A DNA stretch of 32,000 nucleotides from Paenibacillus pinihumi DSM 23905 = JCM 16419 (GCF_000422505.1 NZ_AULX01000030.1:61328-93327), one strand, 5' to 3'. Positions 17,967-27,280 are shown, numbered from the stretch's first letter. Numbers and translations are program-made. Notes: generated from the sequence alone by a model not told the origin.

Positions 17967-19865
17967 TTATTCATTAAATTTCTTAAATGACTTTAACATT
18001 TTTTTGAAAATACGCTTTAATACTATAATATCGTCGTCATTATCAACACTATATTCATGCAAATCAGATGCTGAAAAATACAAATCATATTCAGCCAGAG
18101 TTAATTTTTTTTCAACCTGATTTGCATAAATTGAAAAGCACTCATGCTTTCTTGATTTAGGAGTATCTGTAGAAAATTCTGAATGGTTTGTTAAAACAAT
18201 TCTATGCCCGTTTATGTACATAATCTTAATTCTTTTCCTTAAGGCAAAATTCAAAGCTTCTTCAATTGTATTAATTATAGGTTCTCCCTTATCATTTAAG
18301 GATGTATTACATATAATGGGTACCCCGGTAGAAGCATAGTATTTTTTCATACATAAATACAATTTCTCATTCATTTTTTCGTTTAAAGTTTGAACTCTTG
18401 CCGTTTGATCCAAATGAATAATCGCAGGGACAATATCTTTTTTTTCATCTCTCAACACAAAATTATTAAGCATGTATGGGGATTCAAAAGAATCTTTAAA
18501 CCAATTTTCCAATTGTTCATTAAGAATTATTGGGGCCACAGGCCTCCACCATTGTCTATTTTTATATAAATTAAGTAAATCCTTTGAACGCTCCTCTGTA
18601 GCAGTAGCTAATATACTGCGATGTCCCAAAGCACGTGGTCCAATTTCTGCCCTTCCATCAAACCAAATAATGGGGCCATTTGATATATCATCTGCAAAGT
18701 AATCTATTGTATTTTCAATAGAAACAATAAATTTTTTATATTGTTCTTTATGTAATACATTTATATCATCATCCCTATCTCCATAATAGGCATGTTCTAA
18801 TTTGAAATTAATTCTATTGCAATATTTATAAAAATAATACAATCCCATACCTATAGCTTGTCCGCCATCATTAGCAGATGGTACAATTAATTGTTTTTTA
18901 AATCCATATTTATGCATTAAATGAGTGTTAGTTGGACAGTTTAATGCGTATCCGCCTGATAAAGAAATATTTACTTTTGAAGGTTCTAATTTAAATCTCA
19001 TTATAGCTTGGTCTATCGTATTATCAATTTGTTTTATAGAAATTTCTTGAATTATTTTAGCTGCCATGCTAATTTTATTTTCATCTTCTGTAAAACGCTC
19101 ATCAAAAAAATTATACTTATTACCAATATCTTTTTGAGTATAGGAATTAACATGTTGCAAAATTTTATTTATTAATTTTGCAGGGCTATCTTGGAGTGTC
19201 TTATAGATTTCCAACAAATCATCATCATTATAAATTGTTTCTAACGTTGTGCACTGCGTAGCGGTCGCTAATGCCATCAAAGTTCCTTCTTCTAATCCCG
19301 TTTTACTTGCTAATTCTCCCCAATATGGACCTGGTGATGGAACATGAAAAAATTGAATTTTACCTTTTGAACTAAATGCTCCTATATAATCATTTCTTTT
19401 TTCAAAATCTCTATTATCAAGAAGAAAATCAGCTCCACCATCAACTGCTATAGCCAATATGTCTTCATTATAAAAAATATCAGTATCTATCATCAATGAT
19501 GAAAATAAATGCGCCAAAGAATGGTAGGTATACTCCGGGCCTAAATCTTTATCATAATATTTATTTACATTTGATATTATAGGGGTACCAATTATATCTA
19601 CTATATCGTCTATACATAGATCATAGTCACTTAATAACATATTAATAAATTCTATGGCACTTTCTTTATCGTAAAATGATATGGAATGATGTTTGTATCC
19701 TGTGATACGTTCAAATTCCCAATGATGGACCAATTCTAAATTTTCATTTTGTTTTTTCCATAAAGACATATTATGATCATGCCTTAAACAACTTTCATAG
19801 TTGTTCAAATATTTATTAACACAACTATAAATTGATATATAGTATCCATCTTTTAAATTATTCAT
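17967..19865 (-). CDS. Carbamoyltransferase (NodU/CmcH/TobZ family), 632 aa
   Basis: Family motifs: SLSGGYALNCPTN, GPRALGHRSILA, PIICNTSLN. I moved the start to the ATG at 19863-19865 (MNNLKDGYYISIY), which follows AGGAGG. The 28-codon upstream extension in the ORF track has no SD and reads like low-complexity noise. Confidence 0.88.
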   Translation of the reverse strand: MNNLKDGYYISIYSCVNKYLNNYESCLRHDHNMSLWKKQNENLELVHHWEFERITGYKHHSISFYDKESAIEFINMLLSDYDLCIDDIVDIIGTPIISNVNKYYDKDLGPEYTYHSLAHLFSSLMIDTDIFYNEDILAIAVDGGADFLLDNRDFEKRNDYIGAFSSKGKIQFFHVPSPGPYWGELASKTGLEEGTLMALATATQCTTLETIYNDDDLLEIYKTLQDSPAKLINKILQHVNSYTQKDIGNKYNFFDERFTEDENKISMAAKIIQEISIKQIDNTIDQAIMRFKLEPSKVNISLSGGYALNCPTNTHLMHKYGFKKQLIVPSANDGGQAIGMGLYYFYKYCNRINFKLEHAYYGDRDDDINVLHKEQYKKFIVSIENTIDYFADDISNGPIIWFDGRAEIGPRALGHRSILATATEERSKDLLNLYKNRQWWRPVAPIILNEQLENWFKDSFESPYMLNNFVLRDEKKDIVPAIIHLDQTARVQTLNEKMNEKLYLCMKKYYASTGVPIICNTSLNDKGEPIINTIEEALNFALRKRIKIMYINGHRIVLTNHSEFSTDTPKSRKHECFSIYANQVEKKLTLAEYDLYFSASDLHEYSVDNDDDIIVLKRIFKKMLKSFKKFNE

Positions 19866-19976
19866 TAATACAAAAACCTCCTGCGATCTTAATTTTAGTA
19901 AAATGGTTATTTTTGTATTCTTTACAAATAAAATTATTAATGTAATCATTTTTCAATTCCACTCATGATAAGGCCA

Positions 19977-21206
19977 TTATAAAGCCTTTCCTTCAAGAAT
20001 CTGATGTAATTTTCGACTAAATAACTGCTGGGGTATCTTTTTGGTTTCCATAACTGATATTGCCATCTTGACTGCTTCTCTAACATTGTTTTCAGAAGGA
20101 AAAATATTCTCAGCCAATATATCCTCATATGTCTTTTTTACTGCATTATAAGGCAGAACTGCTCCATTTTGAAACTCGTTATAATTCGTATTGTAATTTC
20201 TTAAACTAGTTGCGATCTTCAAGCACCTTTCCATAATTGTTAAGTACTCATCATGACTCACAAATAGCATATTCCTTAGCTCATCACACAATTTATAATT
20301 ATTAAATGAATAAGGAACCAACTGGGATGTAATTTTTTTAATCAGAAATTTTAATACGTCTTTAGGCCCTATTTCAATCACATATTTGACATTACAATTC
20401 ATAAGATTCATAACAGATTCCTGCCATCTGACAGGTGACATTAGCTGTTTCGACAAGTTGTCAATCAGAGACTCCGTTCCTTGGTAAGGCTGTGTGTTGT
20501 AATTTGAAATCACTTGGCATTCAGGAAAGCGGTAACGATATCCGCGCAATACAGCCTTCATCTCATCTGCCGCATTAGCCATAAACGGCGAATGAAAAGG
20601 TCCCGACATTTTTAAGGGATAAACAATTGCTCCGCTGCCTTCCAGTGTCCGTGTCAAACTCTTGATCGTATCATTTCTCCCGGAAATTGAGCACTGAGCC
20701 GGTGAATCATAAGCGGATATATATACATCACCACATTCTATATATTCTCTGCATACTTCTTCTACGGTTTTATAATCGATATTTATAACCCATATCATTG
20801 TTCCATCACATGAGGAAATTGTTTCTTTAATAATCCTTCCTCTTTGTTTTACAATTTGAAGTACATCTGAGAACTCGACTACTCCAGCTGCGCACAATGC
20901 CGAATATTCACCCAGGCTGTGTCCAAGGCAGTATGACGGGCTTAAACCTATTTCCTTCTGGAAAACTCTGAATATGGCCATACTGGCAGTCACCAAGGCT
21001 AATTGCGAAATATCTATTTCATTCAACTTATCTGCAGAATCATTTGAAAAGCATATTTCTGCCATATCCATTTTCAATGTATCACTGGCTTCTTCAAAGG
21101 TTTCTCTGGCTATGTCGGAGTTATCGTAAAAACTCTTGGCCATATTCGTGTGTTGAGAACCAACCCCTGGGAAAACCAGTGCAATTTTTGGTTCTAATTT
21201 GTGCAT
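19977..21206 (-). CDS. Free-standing (trans-acting) acyltransferase, FabD-like core plus ~100-aa C-terminal extension, 409 aa
   Basis: Motifs: FPGVGSQ, CLGHSLGEYSALCAAG (GHSxG nucleophile), VKQRGRI (Arg), SGPFHSPFM. SD GAGGAG lies upstream of the ATG at 21204-21206. Confidence 0.88.
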   Translation of the reverse strand: MHKLEPKIALVFPGVGSQHTNMAKSFYDNSDIARETFEEASDTLKMDMAEICFSNDSADKLNEIDISQLALVTASMAIFRVFQKEIGLSPSYCLGHSLGEYSALCAAGVVEFSDVLQIVKQRGRIIKETISSCDGTMIWVINIDYKTVEEVCREYIECGDVYISAYDSPAQCSISGRNDTIKSLTRTLEGSGAIVYPLKMSGPFHSPFMANAADEMKAVLRGYRYRFPECQVISNYNTQPYQGTESLIDNLSKQLMSPVRWQESVMNLMNCNVKYVIEIGPKDVLKFLIKKITSQLVPYSFNNYKLCDELRNMLFVSHDEYLTIMERCLKIATSLRNYNTNYNEFQNGAVLPYNAVKKTYEDILAENIFPSENNVREAVKMAISVMETKKIPQQLFSRKLHQILEGKAL

Positions 21207-21215
21207 ACAGCTCCT

Positions 21216-22811
21216 CTATTCCTTTGATTTTTTCAATAATGCTAATGCATTGCGGTCAACCTTCCCATTCATCGTTTTTGGGAAACTGTCCATTATAATA
21301 TAATGATTTGGAACCATATAATCAGGAAGAAAATTTCTTAAAAACATTTTCATTTTTTTGTCTGTCAGGCTACTATCTGCAGTTAGTAAATATGCTGTCA
21401 ATACAGGATTGATGCTTTCCACATCCTTTAAAACAACGACACACTGACTAACTGCTTCATGCTCGCAGAGCCTGGCTTCAATTTCTCCAAGTTCAATCCG
21501 AAGTCCCCTGATTTTCACCTGGTTGTCCATCCTCCCCAGGTATTCAATATTACCATTGGGCAACAGACGTGCATAATCCCCAGTCCTGTAAATCCTTGCT
21601 CCTCTACATACCGGACTATCTACAAATCTTTCATCTGACAGCTTGGGCTGGTTCAGGTATCCTCTGGCCAGTCCGACACCGGCAATGCAGAGCTCCCCTT
21701 TTTCCCCGGGCGGCATAAGACCCGATTCCCCCAAAATATACATTGCTGTATTATCGATTGGCTTTCCTATGGGCACCTTGATAATTTCCCCGCTGCCAGG
21801 ACAATCATAGTAAGTTACGTCAACTGTTGCTTCAGTTGGTCCATATAGGTTAGTCAATCTTGTTCCGTTCTTTTGTCCTAATAATGTGTTGAACTTTTTA
21901 ACATGCGCGGGCGTAAGTGCCTCACCGCTGCAAAAAATCTGCCTCAGTGACAAGAGCTTTGCAGTATAGTCCTCACTGCCAATATAATTCAGAAAAGAAT
22001 TGAACATAGAAGGTACAAAATGCAGTGTAGTGATTTTGCTTCGTTCAACTTCTTCAATTATGCCCTGGGGGAATTTCTCAAATCCGGGCTTCAATATACT
22101 TAATTTTGCGCCTGTTATAGACCACCAAAACAGTTCCCATACAGATACATCAAATACAAACGGTGTTTTTTGCATTATTGTATCGTCATGTGTAACAGGG
22201 TATCTTCTTTGCATCCAATTCAACCTGTTAACAACCGAATGATGTTCAACCATAACGCCTTTTGGATTACCGGTTGAACCTGATGTATAAATCACATACA
22301 TTAAATCATTAGGCCTTGCATAATCCGCATAACTGTATTCTGGCAGTTCATAAATATATTCATCGTTAAGATTTATACATTTTGAATGAAATCCGATTAT
22401 TTTATCTATTGTTTTGCTCTGCCCTATTAGACAGCCTGGTTTACTATCAGAAAGTATATACTCCATTCTTTTTTCAGGATAGTCAGGCGAAATGGGCAGG
22501 TAAGCCGCACCGTATTTCAAAATACCATATAGACCAATAATCATTTCCAATGAGCGTTCCATCATTAGACCGATTATTCCATTTTTTTCAACTCCATTTT
22601 GATGAAGAGCATATGCTAATTGCCCTGCCTTTCGGTTCAGTTCACGGTATGTAAGGACCTCTTCACCAAAAATAACTGCTGTTGCGTCGGGTGTTTTTTC
22701 AACCTGCGCTTCAAATAGCTGGCATATCGTTTTATCTTTAGGATACGGAAATACTGTATCATTTAACTGCCTATATATGATATCAATATTGCTTATTTCA
22801 TGGAAATTCAT
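21216..22811 (-). CDS. Free-standing adenylation enzyme with a serine specificity code (seryl-AMP ligase / ACP loader), 531 aa
   Basis: A-domain cores: YVIYTSGSTGNPKGV, NLYGPTE, YRTGD, NGKVDR. Hand-read 10-residue code is DVWHFSLVDK. There is no C or T domain in the ORF. Confidence 0.88.
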   Translation of the reverse strand: MNFHEISNIDIIYRQLNDTVFPYPKDKTICQLFEAQVEKTPDATAVIFGEEVLTYRELNRKAGQLAYALHQNGVEKNGIIGLMMERSLEMIIGLYGILKYGAAYLPISPDYPEKRMEYILSDSKPGCLIGQSKTIDKIIGFHSKCINLNDEYIYELPEYSYADYARPNDLMYVIYTSGSTGNPKGVMVEHHSVVNRLNWMQRRYPVTHDDTIMQKTPFVFDVSVWELFWWSITGAKLSILKPGFEKFPQGIIEEVERSKITTLHFVPSMFNSFLNYIGSEDYTAKLLSLRQIFCSGEALTPAHVKKFNTLLGQKNGTRLTNLYGPTEATVDVTYYDCPGSGEIIKVPIGKPIDNTAMYILGESGLMPPGEKGELCIAGVGLARGYLNQPKLSDERFVDSPVCRGARIYRTGDYARLLPNGNIEYLGRMDNQVKIRGLRIELGEIEARLCEHEAVSQCVVVLKDVESINPVLTAYLLTADSSLTDKKMKMFLRNFLPDYMVPNHYIIMDSFPKTMNGKVDRNALALLKKSKE

Positions 22812-22815
22812 ACTA

Positions 22816-23994
22816 TCATTTACTCCCGAGCCCGGCCTTTATTTCTGAGCTCCTGTACTTTCTTGCAAAGCTGTTTCCTAGTATCATTTCTATAATTTGA
22901 TTACTACCTTCAATAATTTCAAGTGTCTTGGTATCCCTATAATACCTTGCCACTGGGTGGGACTCATTACAGCCCATTGCTCCAAGGATCTGCACGGCAT
23001 TATCTGAATGCTTGCGCGCTGCCTTAGTAGTAAAATATTTGGCGATTATCACCTTTTCAGCCGAACTTGGATGATGATTTTCCTTATCATGGCATGAGTG
23101 TATACATAAATGGGCTGCGGCTTCATAATCCACTCCCATTTTGGTAATCATCTCTTTTATTGTACTATGGGAGATTAACTTTTCCCCAAAGGTTTTCCTT
23201 TTCAAAACATGGCTGGTGCAGTATTCAAGGCAGCCTCTCATAATACCAAGTGCTGTAAATGCAACACTAATGCGTCCGTAATCCAAAGCATACGGAGCTA
23301 TATGTGATAATGCAAAACCGGGTTTTGCAAGTACGTTTTCCTTGCTTATTTCACAATTATCGAATTCCAGCACTGCTAAAGCACTCGCTTTAAAACCAAT
23401 CATGTTTTTGATTTGAACCACATTCAATCCGGGTGCATTCTTCTCTACGATTACTGCAGTTGCTTTTTCATCTTGTCCGTTCATTTTGCCAAAAACAATG
23501 AATACATCCGCCAAGCCTCCAAAAGTAATCCATCTCTTGGTTCCATTTATGATTATCTTGTCCTCTGTCTCGGTAAATGTAGTAGTAATTCCCTGGATAT
23601 CACTTCCGGCTTCCGGCTCTGTCAATGCAAGAGCCCCTAGCACTTTGCCCTGAGTCATGGAGGGCAGCCATTTCTGTTTCTGCTCTTCCGTTCCCCATTT
23701 GAGTATAGATTTCATAACCATGGTGTGTACATTGAATAAACCGCTTAAAGATGTACTGGCTTTGGCTACTACTTCAGTAAATACACCATATGTGAGATGG
23801 TCCCATCCCTGTCCTCCAAACTCTTCCGGCAAAATTCCGCCCATATATCCAGCTTCTGCGCATTTATCAATAACTTCTCTTGGGATACACTCATTTATTT
23901 CCCATTCCCATGCAAACGGCTGGACATTGGATTGGACGAATTTTCCGAATTCAGTGTATTTTTCTTTTTGTTCTCTTGAAAGCAATCCGATCAT
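22816..23994 (-). CDS. Acyl-CoA dehydrogenase family flavoenzyme (FkbI/ZmaE/ZmaI-type, acting on acyl-ACP), 392 aa
   Basis: ACAD motifs: LTEPEAGSD, and YRDTKTLEIIEGSNQI near the C-terminus. The start overlaps the upstream ACP stop as ATGA (23991-23994). Confidence 0.85.
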   Translation of the reverse strand: MIGLLSREQKEKYTEFGKFVQSNVQPFAWEWEINECIPREVIDKCAEAGYMGGILPEEFGGQGWDHLTYGVFTEVVAKASTSLSGLFNVHTMVMKSILKWGTEEQKQKWLPSMTQGKVLGALALTEPEAGSDIQGITTTFTETEDKIIINGTKRWITFGGLADVFIVFGKMNGQDEKATAVIVEKNAPGLNVVQIKNMIGFKASALAVLEFDNCEISKENVLAKPGFALSHIAPYALDYGRISVAFTALGIMRGCLEYCTSHVLKRKTFGEKLISHSTIKEMITKMGVDYEAAAHLCIHSCHDKENHHPSSAEKVIIAKYFTTKAARKHSDNAVQILGAMGCNESHPVARYYRDTKTLEIIEGSNQIIEMILGNSFARKYRSSEIKAGLGSK

Positions 23995-24245
23995 CCCAGA
24001 TCACCAGCCTTCTTTTTGCATACGAATTCAGTAATACTGTTGATACATTTATAATTGTTCATATCTAAATCATTTGTTGTTATTTTAATTTCAAAGTTTT
24101 TCTCTAGAAATGTCATTAATTCGATTGCAAATAAGGAACTTACCAATCCCTCTTCAAAAATATCCATGTCAAAATCAATACGATCAATGTTTACACTATC
24201 CAGAACATATTTATTAATTTTTTCAGCAATTGAGTTGTGTTCCAC
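23991..24245 (-). CDS. Free-standing acyl carrier protein (84 aa)
   Basis: EEGLVSSLFAIELMTFLE carrier-protein motif. GTG start at 24243-24245 with GGGAGG 9 nt upstream. Paralogous to the ACP at 25162-25422. Confidence 0.8.
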   Translation of the reverse strand: MEHNSIAEKINKYVLDSVNIDRIDFDMDIFEEGLVSSLFAIELMTFLEKNFEIKITTNDLDMNNYKCINSITEFVCKKKAGDLG

Positions 24246-24282
24246 AATAACAAACCTCCCAAATATATTGAACTACCTTATT

Positions 24283-25134
24283 TTAATAGTTATAAAAGCC
24301 TTTACCCGTCTTTCTGCCGAGCAAGTTTGCATCAACCATTTTTCTTAGCAGCGGACAGCAGCGAAATTTAGGGTCCTGATAACTTTCATACAATATATCC
24401 AGCGAGTTTACAACCGTATCCAATCCGATCAAATCAGCAGTTTCCAAAGGTCCCATCTTATGCCCGTAGCATTTCGTGAAAATTTCGTCTACTTGGGCTG
24501 GTGTTGCCACATCGTCCTGCACCACAAACGCAGCCTCGTTCATAAATAGATGAGATATCCTGTTTGTAACAAATCCCGGCAAGTCATTTACAAGGATAAC
24601 TTCCTTTTTCATTTGATCAAGTAATGCCTTCGCGTTGTTTATGCACGCTTCTGAAGTGTGATATCCTTTGATTGCTTCAACGCAATTTTTCAAATATGAA
24701 GGATTCATAAAATGTATCCCGATTACTTTGTCTGGACGATCTGTTATACTTGCCACCTTTGTGACAGAGATACAAGAAGTATTGACAGCAAAGTTGACTT
24801 CCGGTTTGCACACTTTTGTCAATTCCCTATAAACAGCTTCCTTCATTTCCCATTTTTCCGGTACATTTTCAATAATGAACTCCGCATTATATACATCTTC
24901 AATGTTAGTAGTAAATGTAATTTTGCTTATTGCCTCTTCAACGTTCAACTTAGGTAACGAAGGATTAGCCAGTGGAGCAAAACGGATAATACGAATGATT
25001 TCAGCTTTTGCCCTTTCAAGGGCCGCTGTGGTAATATCAACAAGTATACAGTTCATTCTATGAAACAGCAGATCAGCAGCTATTCCTATACCCATAGTTC
25101 CGGCACCGATTATACCAATTGTCTTAAATTCCAT
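24283..25134 (-). CDS. 3-hydroxyacyl-CoA dehydrogenase family enzyme (FkbK/ZmaG-type), 283 aa
   Basis: N-terminal Rossmann motif IGIIGAGTMGIGIA. Length and C-terminal dimerisation region (GRKTGKGFY) are typical of 3-hydroxybutyryl-CoA dehydrogenases. SD GGAAGGTGA lies upstream. Confidence 0.87.
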   Translation of the reverse strand: MEFKTIGIIGAGTMGIGIAADLLFHRMNCILVDITTAALERAKAEIIRIIRFAPLANPSLPKLNVEEAISKITFTTNIEDVYNAEFIIENVPEKWEMKEAVYRELTKVCKPEVNFAVNTSCISVTKVASITDRPDKVIGIHFMNPSYLKNCVEAIKGYHTSEACINNAKALLDQMKKEVILVNDLPGFVTNRISHLFMNEAAFVVQDDVATPAQVDEIFTKCYGHKMGPLETADLIGLDTVVNSLDILYESYQDPKFRCCPLLRKMVDANLLGRKTGKGFYNY

Positions 25135-25161
25135 GTTTGATCACCTTCCATAAAATTTATT

Positions 25162-25422
25162 TTAAGAATTATTGGCAGTGCCTGCTTTTTTATTTAAAAA
25201 GCTAATTATGTTATTAACCGATGAAAAATTTGATAATTCCAATTCATCACTGTCAACCGTAATGGAGAATTCGCTTTCAATATAATTCAATAATTTCATT
25301 GCAAAAAGTGAGTTTACAAATCCCATTGAGAAAATATTATCTTCATCAGAAAATATAGTTTCCTCGTCATACCGAATTAAATTATCTTCAATAAACATTC
25401 TAACTTTTTCTTTGTTATCCAT
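25162..25422 (-). CDS. Free-standing acyl carrier protein (86 aa)
   Basis: SMGFVNSLFAMKLLNYIE carrier-protein motif. SD AAGGAG lies 7 nt before the ATG. It sits immediately downstream of the FkbH-like gene. Confidence 0.8.
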   Translation of the reverse strand: MDNKEKVRMFIEDNLIRYDEETIFSDEDNIFSMGFVNSLFAMKLLNYIESEFSITVDSDELELSNFSSVNNIISFLNKKAGTANNS

Positions 25423-25452
25423 AATAGGCTCCTTTTCTTCGGTCCATGTATA

Positions 25453-26529
25453 TTATTTGATTTCAACATTTACATAATGAGGAAATTTTTGGACCATCGA
25501 CAAATCATTTTCAAGAACGGTAATGCCTTCTTCGTTTGTAGATACTTCTTTAAAATTCGCAAATTTATAAGTGACATACATCACTTTGTTTCGATCAGTC
25601 TTTTTAAAATCAGCAAGCAGGATTTTATTTTGGGACTTTGCCATCTGCATAATATAGGATAATAGTATCGTTCCTACTCCCCTTGACATTACTCTGCATG
25701 ACATGAGAAGCAGCTTTAAATGAAGAGCGCTTTCTTTTATTTCCAGCAAAGCCAACCCTATTTTCCCATAAGAACCATAACGGTCAGTAAGCTCACAAAC
25801 TAAAAGTTTATGATCGTCTGAGGTTCTGTAATTATTAAGCTCATCATAGCCGTAAGTATAGCCGGTGGTATTCAGCTGATGGGTCCTTTCAGTCAATTCT
25901 ATCGCTCTTATCAAGTCTTCTTCCTGTGCTTCAGATATAACGAAAGTCATATCTAGAGATGCAAGAAAATTCTCAGGTGCACCATTGAACCGTTCTTCAT
26001 CTTCCCTTCTTTGTTTGTCCTCCATGTACATAAGACGCCGTCTTTGAGCATCTCTAGTGATATATTTATGTTGCAAACGGCTATTGTTGAGTAAAGATTC
26101 ATATTCTAATGCATCCATACATGTAATATCCGGGTGTGCATATTTCACTTCGTCTCTTTCAAAAATCTGATCATCAATAAAAAGTATGGAGTCCATCCCG
26201 ATATTTAAGCTTTTTTGTATATTAGATATGGATATAGACTTCAGATCCCAATTGATTTCAGGAAAAAGAAAATACTCCGATATTCCGAACTCCTCCAACT
26301 TTCGAATAGCGTAATCGAAGCTGTTTTTACTTGCTATGGAATGTAGTATGCCTCTAGTATCCAATTCTCTAATGATTTCAACGATACCGGGCTTTAAAGA
26401 AATATCATCGTTCTCCAATAATACTCCATCCCATAAAGTATTATCCAAATCCCATATAATACATTTTATCTCTTTATTCAAAATATCTACCTCTCTTATT
26501 TTATTTATGCTCAATATTCGTTTATTCAT
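25453..26529 (-). CDS. FkbH-like HAD-family phosphatase/acyltransferase (glyceryl-ACP forming), 358 aa
   Basis: HAD motif I DLDNT at 26437-26451 (IIWDLDNTLWDG). The C-terminal MSCRVMSRGVG motif is one I associate with FkbH/OzmB/ZmaN-type enzymes. The start overlaps the thioesterase stop (TAATG at 26527-26531). Confidence 0.85.
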   Translation of the reverse strand: MNKRILSINKIREVDILNKEIKCIIWDLDNTLWDGVLLENDDISLKPGIVEIIRELDTRGILHSIASKNSFDYAIRKLEEFGISEYFLFPEINWDLKSISISNIQKSLNIGMDSILFIDDQIFERDEVKYAHPDITCMDALEYESLLNNSRLQHKYITRDAQRRRLMYMEDKQRREDEERFNGAPENFLASLDMTFVISEAQEEDLIRAIELTERTHQLNTTGYTYGYDELNNYRTSDDHKLLVCELTDRYGSYGKIGLALLEIKESALHLKLLLMSCRVMSRGVGTILLSYIMQMAKSQNKILLADFKKTDRNKVMYVTYKFANFKEVSTNEEGITVLENDLSMVQKFPHYVNVEIK

Positions 26530-27239
26530 TAAGCATAGGGCATTAATACATCATTGATTACTTTCACAACATCCTCAACGTCCTCATTAATAAAGAAATG
26601 CCCCCCTTCAAATTTGTAAATCCTGCATTTGCCTGTAGTACAGGTCTGCCACAGCTCTAAAGATTTATCTTCCATATCCTTATCCTTCTTACCGCTTAAT
26701 ACGGATATGTCAAAATCAAATTTCAAATGATTCTTTAAACAATTATAGGTTTCTACTATCTTATAATCATCCCTTATAATCGGAATGAAGGTTTTAATAA
26801 ATTCATCATTTTCCAGTAATTGTTCAGGTGTTCCTCCATTCTCTTTCAGCTCTTCTATAAACATCTCTAATGGTGCATCATGAAGGTTAAACTGATTCTT
26901 TTTTTCAAAAGGAGGATAACGTCCGGAAAAAAAGACATGTTCAGGATTATGCAAACCTTCAGCTCTAAGTTTATGAACAAGTTCATAGGCAATTATACTC
27001 CCCATGCTATGTCCGAAAATTGCATATTCCGAATCTTGCATCCAGGGTCTGACCATCTCATAAACATCATTTACAGCTTCATCCATATTTTCATATCGGG
27101 GTTCTGTAAATCTTCTCCCCCTTCCGGCGAGCTCAACAGGGTGAAGCTCTATTGAATCATTTAAATAACCTATCCAGCTTCTATAAGCCTGAATACCACC
27201 ACCGGCATACGGTATACAAATCAATTTTATTTTCCTCAT
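26529..27239 (-). CDS. Type II thioesterase (editing TE), 236 aa
   Basis: GHSMGS (GxSxG) and C-terminal GGHFF. Size and motif spacing are typical of NRPS/PKS-associated TEII enzymes. Confidence 0.88.
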   Translation of the reverse strand: MRKIKLICIPYAGGGIQAYRSWIGYLNDSIELHPVELAGRGRRFTEPRYENMDEAVNDVYEMVRPWMQDSEYAIFGHSMGSIIAYELVHKLRAEGLHNPEHVFFSGRYPPFEKKNQFNLHDAPLEMFIEELKENGGTPEQLLENDEFIKTFIPIIRDDYKIVETYNCLKNHLKFDFDISVLSGKKDKDMEDKSLELWQTCTTGKCRIYKFEGGHFFINEDVEDVVKVINDVLMPYA

Positions 27240-27280
27240 TTTATTAAGCCTCTCAATTATCCTTTTTGAATTGGTGTTTG

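Noticed and set aside
19866-19949. 28-codon N-terminal extension of the carbamoyltransferase (MITLIILFVKNTKITILLKLRSQEVFVL)
   Set aside because: There is no SD before it, and the sequence is hydrophobic and low-complexity. A strong AGGAGG precedes the internal ATG at 19865, where family-like sequence begins.
19928-19956. TTGAAA-17 nt-TTTTAT promoter-like match upstream of the carbamoyltransferase
   Set aside because: The -10 lacks the conserved A at position 2, and the region is very AT-rich, so this is likely a chance match.
19946-20128. 60-aa minus-strand ORF overlapping the 3' end of the trans-AT gene
   Set aside because: It is out of frame within the AT coding region and has no motifs.
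21216-26529. Methoxymalonyl-ACP (FkbGHIJK-type) interpretation of the extender cassette
   Set aside because: No O-methyltransferase gene is present anywhere in the window, and a Ser-code A enzyme is present. Hydroxymalonyl/aminomalonyl is therefore the better reading, unless a methyltransferase lies outside the window.
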